A stretch of DNA of 64,000 bases, from NCBI GenBank assembly GCA_964106645.2, contig OZ067041.1; one strand, written 5' to 3'. Positions 1-11,333 of the stretch are shown in pieces (the first letter of the stretch is position 1; the number at the start of each line of letters is the position of its first letter). A program made the position numbers and the translations under genes. The notes under the pieces were generated by a model. It was not told the DNA's origin. It searched no databases and was given only the letters and a program-made list of their open reading frames with translations. This DNA comes from Podarcis pityusensis (lineage: Eukaryota).

Positions 1-931
1 TGTAATAAGTTATTTTGTCTCTGCTGTTCACTAATCTGAAAAATAATAAAGCATCTGTTCTACAAATAGATGGCACACAAGATACATGCTTGATTCTTGA
101 TAACTGTCAGTGCCTACTTTTTAGATTGCTGTCAAAGTGCTCTTCTAAAGTACCACACATTTGCCTCTCATTTTTTCTGTATAACACCAGCCCTTTGGGT
201 TTTTACTGGTCAAATGTTTTGAGAGACAACTAATTAGGCTCATTGAAGAACACCCTTTTCATTAGCTGACATTTTCATTTCCCCCCCAAAATAAGAAACA
301 AAAGCCATGCAGTTCTCTAGCAAAAGCATGGAAACAAGTTCATTCCACCCCAACCCTCGCCTATGAGAAATAGAAAACATCAACTTTTGTGGCAAAGGCT
401 ATGTGCTACTAACTTCTTTGTCAGTGATCAGCTTCCAAAGTATAACCATGCAGCACGCAAAGCAAACCCTTTTATATAGAAAGCTGCATTTTAGAAAAAA
501 ACTATTTTTGCCCCAGTGAGTATGGCGAAACGCAACTGTCCTAAGAGGATAACTATATAAAATTTCCACATTACAATTTTCCTTTACTCAAGAGGATGGG
601 GGAAGAAACAGGGAAAGGAAGAAACGATCACAGATTTATCTTGAGTTGCTCTTCTAGGCTTCAGCATGTAAACTTGCAATGTATTTTCAAAGCTTTTCCG
701 TTTCTGTTGTTCTTTCGCATTAACTGCTTTTGTTCCTATTTCCTACTAACTTTTGCCAGTACCTACTTAGTAGAATTAAGCATGCAAAATTCTAGAGATC
801 TTTAGAAATAAGCCTCTTTGCCTTTTTTAATATTTAATAATGTAGAATAACTTTTAAAAATTAATCTTACTAGCTGCCTGCTTTGCCTCTTGACATGCTC
901 ACTAGCCATCATGCTCACCCTTCTCTTCCAG

Positions 932-1081
932 ATACACTTCCTCATGATACTGTCCTCTAACTGGGCCTACTTAAAGGATGCGAGCAAAATGCAGGCTTAC
1001 CAGGATATCAAAGCAAAAGAAGAACAGGAGCTTCAGGATATCCAGTCTCGGTCCAAAGAGCAGCTCAATTCTTACACATAA
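932..1081 (+). CDS. GPM6B: GPM6B (neuronal membrane glycoprotein M6-b) terminal coding exon; rest of gene lies upstream of the window
   Basis: Acceptor cttctcttccag at 920-931, then IHFLMILSSNWAYLKDASKMQAYQDIKAKEEQELQDIQSRSKEQLNSYT*, recognised as the M6B C-terminus; position next to OFD1 fits known synteny. Confidence 0.95.
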   Translation: MHFLMILSSNWAYLKDASKMQAYQDIKAKEEQELQDIQSRSKEQLNSYT

Positions 1082-3900
1082 ATTGTTTGCCAGAAGAATT
1101 TTGTAGCTCTGACAAATCATCAAGCAGCTGCTCTGCAGAACAGATGCATGTCCAAGCAAATGCAGAAGTATAAAAACTTCACATTCATGCTCCTGGGCCA
1201 TGATCATAGGGAAAATTTGCAGTGGATATCCTCCATTCCTTTAGCACTGCGATTGGAGGGTTTGGGGGGGGGAGGGAGGGGGGAGAGGTTCTCTCTAGGC
1301 CACTTTAGAAAAACATGTTACCAGGTCAAGGATCTTTATGGATATCTCTTGGCAATTATAAAAGAATTACTAAAGGAACACGCTCCTTTCAAAACAGGCT
1401 ACCACAGTTGGTATCCAGCCCTACAATGACTAAAAGGTTTTAAAGGCTGTATATAATTACACAGATGTAAGTAACTAAGATTCTAGTATGACTAGTTATT
1501 CCCTTTCTTCTGAATACTGATAGTTGTGCTTATTTGATACAGTTTCAGGAAGTTACAAATAATCTTATTCAGTCTCTGTCAAAATTAAAACTGGATTTTG
1601 TGGACTAAATGCCAGAAGTGTTATTTTCTGAGCCACTCCCTTTCACCGATGCTGTAATGAGCCACTGTTGTTCTACTGCACTTACCAGAGTAAGCTGGGC
1701 ACTGTTGCCCAGAGTTTGTTTTCTTTTAATTTTATACCGTTTGATGGAATGTAGACAGACCCTTGGATCAGGATAATGATCCCCTTCTCAGAAAATAAAT
1801 GTCAGCTTTGCCTTAATATTTATTTTCTATAAATGTCTGAAGCATTTATATAGCAGTGGGAGATCATTATCATGTATTTTATCAAAACAGAAAGTGTTAC
1901 CTTGTTGAAATTATACTGATATAATTGTTTCAAATGAGCAGATAACAATTTGTAGAACATAAAAACCCATAGCCATACAGAGCACAGGTCAACCACCCGT
2001 CTCAATTTTGGTGCTCAGCACGTTTATAGACAGTGCTTATTTGTTTTCTCTTTTAAGAAATTTGGTGTTCAGTAAAATATTGGGTGCCATTTTAAAAGTG
2101 TTTCCCACAAAATCTGCCTTCTAACATTTTCAGAAACATTCAGTGCTAGCTTGAGTACTAGTGATGGTATCTTTGGTGTGCTTTTTTTTAAATAAAAAAA
2201 TTTATAAATGTTGGAGAATCTTTAAGTACATCAGTGAGTTTTAAATCAGTAAAAAAGTCAAGTCATACATCCATGTTAATGTGTGGTTTGATTAGTTTTG
2301 AACGTTTGCTGAATATTAACATGCTCCTGTAGCTCATACAGAAGTGTATAAAGATAAAGGAAGCACATGTTTCTTTAGAAAGTTTTTAAAGGAAAAAAAA
2401 ATATTAATGTGGAAAAAACTTCAGGTATTACCTTGCATTTGAGTTTGTTACATGCCTAATCTGACTTTCTTTTTAAAGAGGCAAAATCTATATAGAGCAG
2501 ATAAAAAAATAGCTTAGTGTTTGTTTTTACCTGTTGCATGAAGGAAACAAATTTCTACAGCAATGCAGGTGATGTTCTTACTAGTCCAGTGTTTGCATAA
2601 AGGTAACGGACAGTGTCTTAAAGCCTAATTCTTTTCTAATTCTTCTAATTCTATGTAGCTATTTACNNNNNNNNNNNNNNNNNNNNNNNNNNNNNNNNNN
2701 NNNNNNNNNNNNNNNNNNNNNNNNNNNNNNNNNNNNNNNNNNNNNNNNNNNNNNNNNNNNNNNNNNNNNNNNNNNNNNNNNNNNNNNNNNNNNNNNNNNN
2801 NNNNNNNNNNNNNNNNNNNNNNNNNNNNNNNNNNNNNNNNNNNNNNNTGTGTATGCTTATTTTAAGAAGGTTTTGAAACAGTTGTAGCAGTATAGACAGC
2901 CATCTCAAAGCTAGTGTTTGGGTGACACATAATTGGAAGTTTTAGCATCTATTGAAAAATATGGCAACCAATGGACATAGGAAGATAGACCTTTCTCTGC
3001 ATCTTATCAAGATGTGATATCCTTCAGTGCTAGGGTGCCTCTGGACTGAGTCTGACTTTCAAAAAGTGTGCACATTATTTGGTATATGGATTTGCCACTA
3101 TCAGTTTACCTTTGGGGCAGGCAAAAAACAACAATATTGTATTTCACAGTTCAGGTTTGATACAGTTTGACATAAACATAAATTTGTTTGTTTCTGTCTC
3201 TTAAGAAATGAGAGCAGTTAAATTAGCTAACACAAATATGCAAAAGTGTTTTGAAAGATGCTCATCTGCAAGGGCCTGTTCTCAGTAATTGATTTTGAAA
3301 CAGAGTACTATTTGCTCAACTTTGTCTTAGGAGAACTGCTGCTTGAGGCATGCCTGGCATCTCTCATAAGCTCACTGCAAAAGTTTCCCATCTATAGTGT
3401 GTTTCATTATTTTAGTGCAACGTGGTCAAACTACATGAAGCCAGGATATATTTCAACTTCCAAAATCTCTGGCATTTCAACAAATCAGGTGCCATCGATT
3501 CATCTGTACCAGCACTTCCCACTAATTACAAAGCTTGTAAAGTGGGTTAATTCTTTCATCACTTTCCCAAGGAACTCTCCTCTAAAATGAGTTGATAATA
3601 TGATTCAATTTTAGTGAGTTCAGACACAGCTGCCCCACTTTTTCAGGCCAGTTTCATACTATGACAGCCATTTCCAAAATTTAAACACCATAATAGTGTA
3701 AATCATCGTTTTCAATACCATGTACTTTTAATAGGAAGTAGTCCCAATTACAAGCACTTACGTAATTTTTAAAGTGTGCTTGACTGAACTCTTGCTGATG
3801 CCCTAGTTTGTTTTTAAAGAGTAGCTAAAGGATGTGCAGGAGCAGGAAATTGAAGCGTCACTATTCAATAAAGTCTAAAGCGGCTTAAGCACATTACCCC
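1082..3900 (+). other. GPM6B: GPM6B long 3' UTR (end approximate)
   Basis: AT-rich, repeat-poor sequence after the stop; AATAAA at 1794-1799 and 3867-3872. Confidence 0.55.
2667..2847. other. Assembly gap (181 N)
   Basis: Run of N. Confidence 1.
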
Positions 3901-4389
3901 AAAACTTAAATGTCTAAACACTGTTTTCATTCTAGAGCTCTGAGCTATGCTTATAGACAGCTGGTCAATCATCTGTAAAGTCTGTAATATAAACTCTGGA
4001 AGAAAATATTTCAAATACATTTAAACACAGAATTTTCTATGACTGCTGCTTTATTTTTTAAAAAATATTCATTTGTATAACAAGGTAAACCAACCTGATT
4101 TGATTGTTTCCCCCACTGCCTCTATATAAAACTATCTTTATTGTACTGGCATATTTTAAACACATAAAATTGGTTGTTCAGGTAGGAAGCAATTCTCTGA
4201 AACATTGTTTCAGTAGCACTGATAGCAACTTTGTGCCAACAAACAGCAATGTTTCACTTTTAGTATGTTCTTCCTGAATTATGCAGATGGCAATATTCCA
4301 ATGTTCAGAATCTCACCCTTGTTTGTGGTGCTTCCTCTGATGAAAAAGAACTCCACATCTCTGGTCAGGTAGTCCCTGCTAATCGATAT

Positions 4390-4441
4390 TCACCAGAAAT
4401 CATCATCAGGCTCTCCATGAAGAGTGGCTGCAGCACTAAAG
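4390..4441 (-). CDS. OFD1: OFD1 last coding exon (equivalent to exon 23)
   Basis: gtgttccag|C TTT AGT ... [16 protein letters not shown]; AATAAA on minus strand at 4137-4142. Confidence 0.88.
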
Positions 4442-7400
4442 CTGGAACACAGATAATAATGAATTTTGAAACAGTCTAATACACTTCCTTCTTATGATTC
4501 TCATCTACCCTTCCCTCACACAGCATACACATCAAATCATAAGTCCCCCAATCATCTAGAGGAGGTTTTTATATGGGGAGGGATAATTTGGACACTTATA
4601 GGGATGTGGTGAAATCTCCTTCCCCAACATCTGCTGTCACAAACAATCTATAAATAGAGACCTGCTCAAATAAACTTAGTATGCAATCCATTCTTTGGAC
4701 ATTTGCTTTAAAACTTTAACAAATCTTAATTCAACTGCAATACAGTAAAGATTACCAGACAAGTGTAATTAGTATGCAATTAAAAGTGTTTAATGGAAAG
4801 GATTTGTTTTAATGCAAAAAGGCCCCACTTGATAAAAAAAGCAAAAATAAATATGAACCATACATGTCAAGCACTAGCAAGATACATACCTGTCCTCCTT
4901 TCCACTACCTGAGAGTTTCTCAGAAAATACTTCAGCTTCTTTCTTGAAGTCCTAATAGAGAAAAGAAAGTTGTTACTGGTTGCTTTTGTGTGGTCTCCAC
5001 ATTCCACTGCTACTCAAAAAACAGGAATATGATTAGGTACTTAAAATTACCCTAAGTGCTATACAGAGAGTAGAAAGGACAGGTCACTGCCACGATGCAT
5101 TATCATCTAACAGATACAATGCAAAAGGGAGGGAATGAAGGTGAACACACACATTCATCTTCTAGCTTGTACATGGCAAGGTGGAATGGCTGCTAGAGTG
5201 GGGCAGTTCTAGGAGTGAAGGTGCTAAATGGCAATTGGTCTTCTTTCCTCTCTGCTTTCAACCAACTGAAACAGCCACTGATAGAGACACAATCTTACTG
5301 ATTGCAATGGGGTTTTTTGGTCTTTATTTCAGAAATAGCATGCTTATGTCTGAACAGCTTTGTAATGGAATTTGTTATCAGAAATTTTAGTTTGGCATAT
5401 TTCACGTGTCCTGTTATTGGTTTTCTACCATAGTATGACCTTTTCCAGACAAAATTTTGTGGTCTCCATAGGTCTGTGGGTAATCTTAAACCTGTATGTT
5501 TAAACTGTTTAAAACCAGAATGTACACACTTAAGTATTTGCCCACTATTTTTTCTAGTATCATTGCCAAATTCAAATGATCTTGTATTTGTCAAAAGTGA
5601 TCAGTGAATAAAAGATTAAGAAAGTCGTTTGATGCAAGAATTTGTATGTTACAAGACCAAGTAGAGATCACTGTACTGCAGCGTGATGGAATTATAGTGG
5701 TATCACTGCGTATTACCAATTCAAAATGGCTAACAGAGATCAACAGTAGAACAGATGTGGGGAACCTCCAACTGTTACTGTACTACAAATACCTATTATT
5801 ACTGATCACAGACCAGGAGTTGGGAGTTCAACAGCATCTGGAGGGCCACAGGTAAGCCACCCCCACAGTAACAAATGATAGTGCTTTCCAGTGATTCGTT
5901 TAGATTGCTTACAGCATTCAGTCCTAGATATTTTGATGCACAGAGAGGATCTAACATTCTACTATTCCTTTTTGAATTTGATATCATGCAGCAAAAAAGT
6001 GTAGCTATAAACAGCAGGTTTTGCCAAGCTGAACTCAAGTGTGGCTACTACAAATTTATTGTATATGCATGAAGCATGACTCATTAAGCCAAAAAGCTGT
6101 ACTCAAGGAAGTATGATGGCTTGGAATCCGTCCTTGTAAGCTAATCATTAATTCAGCTGAAGATGGTTAATTCTGGATAACCGCAAAGCAAGCTGCAGAA
6201 GAATCAGCTTAACTGCAAATATCCACAAGGTTTGCAACAACAATCAAGTACATTGGAAATTTTTGTTGGTTATTAACCGAAATAATTTGGCAATACACTA
6301 TTAAATGACCTCAAGTGGGGGAAACATAAGGTAGACTTTATATCCCAAGTTTCTGATACAACAAAAGCTAGACCTCAACATTTTAAATTAATCAGATCTT
6401 GTTCTACTCTTTAGTTGGTTGTGTATATGCTATCTTGCATGCTTGCTTGTCCAGTGTGAAAAAGACAAAGGAACTACTGAGATTGTTCTTGGAGTATGTG
6501 AGTTCCAAAACTAATACATCTCAGGTGCATTAAACCACCATCTTGCTGCCGCTAAGCACATCTGGTTCAGATCAGAACCTAGATGTGAGACCTCCTATAA
6601 ACCACATGTATACCACCTTGGGGTCCATAATGGAAGAAAGCCAGGACATTAGATGTAAGAATAGTGGACATCACCTCATTTGCAAACTCCTGCTCCCGAT
6701 TCTGCTGTATTATTTTCATGTATTTTTCCAATGGATTAGGAATAGCGTCACCACCATGCTCTTCAGACTTTGAGATAATGGTTTCCAAATCTGCCACATC
6801 TTCATGCTTTTTCTCAGTTTCCACTGACTCTTGCATACACTTTTATGAAACCAAAGAATGAACAGCATAAAACATTTTAACAGAGAAGAAAGGAATGCTC
6901 CACTTAAATGTGGGCCACTGGTAACATAATCCTACCTACACTCAGCATCCTATAGTTTTATAAGGATCTTAAAGGACTATATAAAAGAAACAGCACAAAA
7001 TTAGTTGCAGCAAATTGCCAGCAATAATGATGTCTCTTCACACACAAGTTAAATCCTCACAGTAATCAATAAGTGGCTTACTTCAACCAGAACTAAACTA
7101 CATTTGATTATCAAATCACCCATTTTACAGAAGCGCAACTGGCCTCAACCAGAAGTTGGGCATTTGATGTTGCAATCCCATGCTATAGAGAACATTCTTC
7201 CAGCAGATTCAGCAGGCACCCTTGCTATTGACTTTCAGGTGACTCTTTAAGGCCTTTTATTAATGTTGAAAGCTCACTGTAGCAGCTTAATTTTTGATTT
7301 GCCAGTGACCTTAACCATTATCTGTATTTTGCTTTCTCAAATGGTGTTTTATGTCTTTAATGTTACACACAGTCCTGATATTTTATATGGTGGTTTAGAA

Positions 7401-10400
7401 ATACTTAAATAAAAAAGTAAAACAGCTAAATGCAAAGTATTGTTAGAAAGTCAGTTCTCCAAGAGAATGTTTGTACTGGCCCCTCTTTCCCCAGAACATA
7501 TACTAAGAACAACTGATGCAGTTTACTTTCCATCTTTGGTGGTGTCAGATTAATGTGCCATATCTTGGTTTTATTACAAAAATGGTAAGAAATGCTGACC
7601 ACTTAGTTCCTCATGAGGAAGTCCACTGGATGGGAAGGACTCCAGCCTGCAATTAGAAGTAGCAGGGCTGCAGCCTCCTATCATCAGAGCACCCCAAGAC
7701 AGCATACTCTCAGAAGTGATCATTTATTAAAAATTCCTATTCTGCACAAAGAGCTTCAAAAATAGCTGCTCTATAAACCATCTCATTCTTCCAAAAGAAA
7801 ATATTCAAAGGTTGTCCAGTTTATTTTTTTGTAAAACACTTTCCTTTTCCCAGTACCGAGGCACTATGAATAATCCAACATAATAAATTTGATTTCTGTT
7901 CAACCAGGGTGGTTGGGGTATAGTGGGGATATAATAGAGCAGGGAAAACCCAATTTAATGCAGCTTTACAGCAGCTTACTCATATCCCTGGCAAATCAAT
8001 ATGGTGGTAAAATGGCAGGTGGCAAATAGCTTCTGATCTATCAATCTCCACTGGAAGGAAAACAAGTTCTGCAGAAATTCTATCAGCACACTACACGCAA
8101 CGGCCACTCCACAAAACTGCCTCTGAGAATCTGTTGTCTATACAGGCAGCCCCCGTTTACACAGGGTTTACGTTCCGAGGCATTGTGTGCATTGGTTCAA
8201 TTGCGTATAACTGAAACCCACTGAAAAAGCCTGCAAACACCCCACCCCCATTGCGCCCTTTAAGTGATGTCTTTATGACGTTTCCAGGTCACTTCTGGGT
8301 TCGGTGTGATGTGCGTTTACAAGATCAAACACATACTGGACGCATGTAAATGGGGGGGCTGCCTGTATCTACAGTCCAAGTCCAGAAAAAGAAAGTACTC
8401 TTTAGTTTATAATAACTATTTTAAATCACCAAGACTCTGAAATGCATTACCAATTCTTCATTTGCTTTTTCCAGTTCTCCTTGCTCTCTTTCCAAAGTGT
8501 CCTGCCTCTCTTGCTGCCTTTTTCCTTCCCTCTCTTCCCATTTTTTCTCCTCCTGCTCCTCCTCCTCCTCTTCTTCTTCCTCCTGTTCTTCAGGATGCTT
8601 TTGTTTCTCCAGGGCTGTTATTTCTGCTCCACCTAATACATAGAGGGCAGTATTAAGCAAAGAAAGACAGTTTTGCATTCCGAAGCATTAAATCAAACAC
8701 AGTTAAAGTATATGGATGCATATTATTCCAAACAGATAGGTACTTAACAGTGCATAGAAAAGACTAATTAATCCAGAGAAGCAGAATATGCCAAGTCCTG
8801 CCCAAACTGTATTCAGCTTCCTTTACCTCCATTTAATGTATATTGGTGATTTTCCAACTCTATGGCTGCCCAATAAACTCTCTACATAAGACTGTGCAAG
8901 ATCAGTAAGCTACAGAAAACATGATGGTGCAGTAGGGTACAGAAATATATTAATAGTTAGGGTACATTTTGTTGAAATGTCACAAAACAAAACAAAATTT
9001 CAAGTACAGCAGTTTCAGCTGTCTAACAGAAATAGCAGGCTTGAGAAGAGGACTGCTGCAGGGCTCCCTGTCACAAATATTACCCTTTCAACTGCCCCAA
9101 TATGCAAACAAGAAACATGTTACTTCATAGAGCTTTTGTTTCTCTCAACATTTGCCCTCTGGAATCCCCATTTTCCATACAAATTGTTGAAAGTGGTCAC
9201 TATGCAGGGATAATAGTTACTATCAAACTCACTCCCCACCCATCTCGAGTTCCCCTAGGTTCCATTGTTAAGCCCTCTACCCTTGTTGCCTTATCTTCAA
9301 ATGTCTAACATAATTGTGTGCCTTCCTGTTACAGGTATGGAAAAGCTTAAAAATTATGTTCTTAAGTTGACTGAAGCAACTCTAAACTGAAATATATTAT
9401 GAAGATATTCTGTTATGGACAATAGCCAGTTTAAAATAAGACCATTTACTGTATTTCAGACAATAGCTGCAAAAGCTTCAGTTTCCATATACTTTGATAA
9501 ACAAGCCATCTAAAATGCCTATTCACACTTGTTTGAGCTGAAAACTCACTTATGTCCTGCTGTGAAGTGCCCGCTGCTGGCACAGTAGCCGGAACATGGC
9601 TTCCACTAACAATGTGAGATGGATGTGACACATCGCTTTCGAGCTGTTCTGGAATGTCCTCTTGATCTAGAGGAGAAGTAGGAACAATGCCCTCATTATT
9701 CTGCAATTATCAAAGCAGGGCAAAGAAATGGACACAGTGTGGGAATGACTGAGTTCAGAATGCATAAGTGTAAGCCATTAATTAAGTGCTCTTCTTGGCC
9801 AAGCCAACCATTACCCTAAGAATGAAGAAACTTCAAATGGGCTGTTTTAATCAGAATCATGGGACTGTCTGGCTTGGAAACTAGTTCTTACAATATGTTT
9901 CCTAAGCAAAGAGTCAAAACAGCTTCAACTCAATGTGGACTTTGTAGGATTAAAATCCACCAATGAGACACAAGCATGAATGCAAAATATGGAGAGCCTG
10001 GTTGCATTTGAGTCACTTCCATAAAACAAAACTTTCAAGTTTCCTATAGTTTTGCCTCTTCTCAGGCTGGAGTTTATTGGTGTTTGGTAGGGCTTGCAAG
10101 AATCATGTCCCTCTCCAGTTGTTTCAACTCCTCTATCACCATACATAAACATCACTGTAACAGGTTCTGTCAGAAAGCAGCAGTCTGTTATCTTTTAATA
10201 TCAGGTTTTTCATTACTGTTATTATATACATCTTGTTTTTATAAGGAACAGCAACATCTGTAGGGCCACAACTGCCATCACCCCTAAGCAACGGCCACAT
10301 AGGCTGTGGCTTATGGGAGTTACAGTCCAACACCATCTGAAGTGCCAAAGGTTCTCCATCCCCAAAACAGATTATATCAAAACATAACCTGGCTAATTTA

Positions 10401-11295
10401 CAGGCTCAATATCCAGACGATTAGTATGAGGTACCTGTCACATGCAGCATGCCACACATCTTACAATATTTTTGTATACCATGCCCCCCCTCCTCAGCCA
10501 AACCTCTGCTGCCAGTGATAATGTATACATGTGTACACATGTGCCCATCCATCCTTTCATATCCATCTACAAACACTGAGAGAATCAACACAAGGAACTG
10601 TGTGATGGCAGCAGAAGCCAATAAGTTATAGTTGCATTTTTTTGGCAAAGCTTTAATTTGCACTCCCTCAATAGTTCTGTCCAACCAAAATTATAGTTTG
10701 TACTGTATATCCAGTGCTGTAACCCCCTCTTTCATGCACTTACTGGTTTTCCCTGTGCATTATCCAATTCAAACATTTTTCACTTTCATTAAATCTCATT
10801 ATTTTACATCACATCTTCTAAGTTTTAAACCAGAGCTTTCCAAACTTTTCATGTTGGTGACACACATTTAAGACATGCATCATTTTGCAAAACAGTAATT
10901 CAGTTTTACTAGCAAACTGGAAGTTAAAGTAATCCCTTTCCAGCCCCGGAAGGAGCGCAAGGAGCATTTGCGTGACACAACTACACACTGCAGCCAACAC
11001 ACTAATGTGTCACGACACACAGTTTGAAAAGCTCAGTTTTAAACTATCTCTAGTTTTTCATTTCCAGGTTGTGGCAAACATCAAATATACTAAAATGTCT
11101 ATCAGGAGAGTGCCAGAGTTTCCCAAAGCTCTGACTTCATACTTTGCCTATGCCAGCAATGGAGATCTTAAAAGGCCTCACCAATATAATCTGTACAGCT
11201 TCAGCTTCTGCATATTTTGCTTTTCTACTAATGTGGGTTCCCAAGCCCAATGTGTAAATCATACAATGTCCCAATACCATTCCCACTAACATTTG

Positions 11296-11333
<38 letters not shown>

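Noticed and set aside
2663-2908. ORFs containing X runs (also 12961-13227)
   Set aside because: Artefacts of N gaps
9667-9706. Upstream acceptor (ttgcag at 9701) for OFD1 exon 19
   Set aside because: Wrong phase: it gives an immediate TAA after the phase-1 junction
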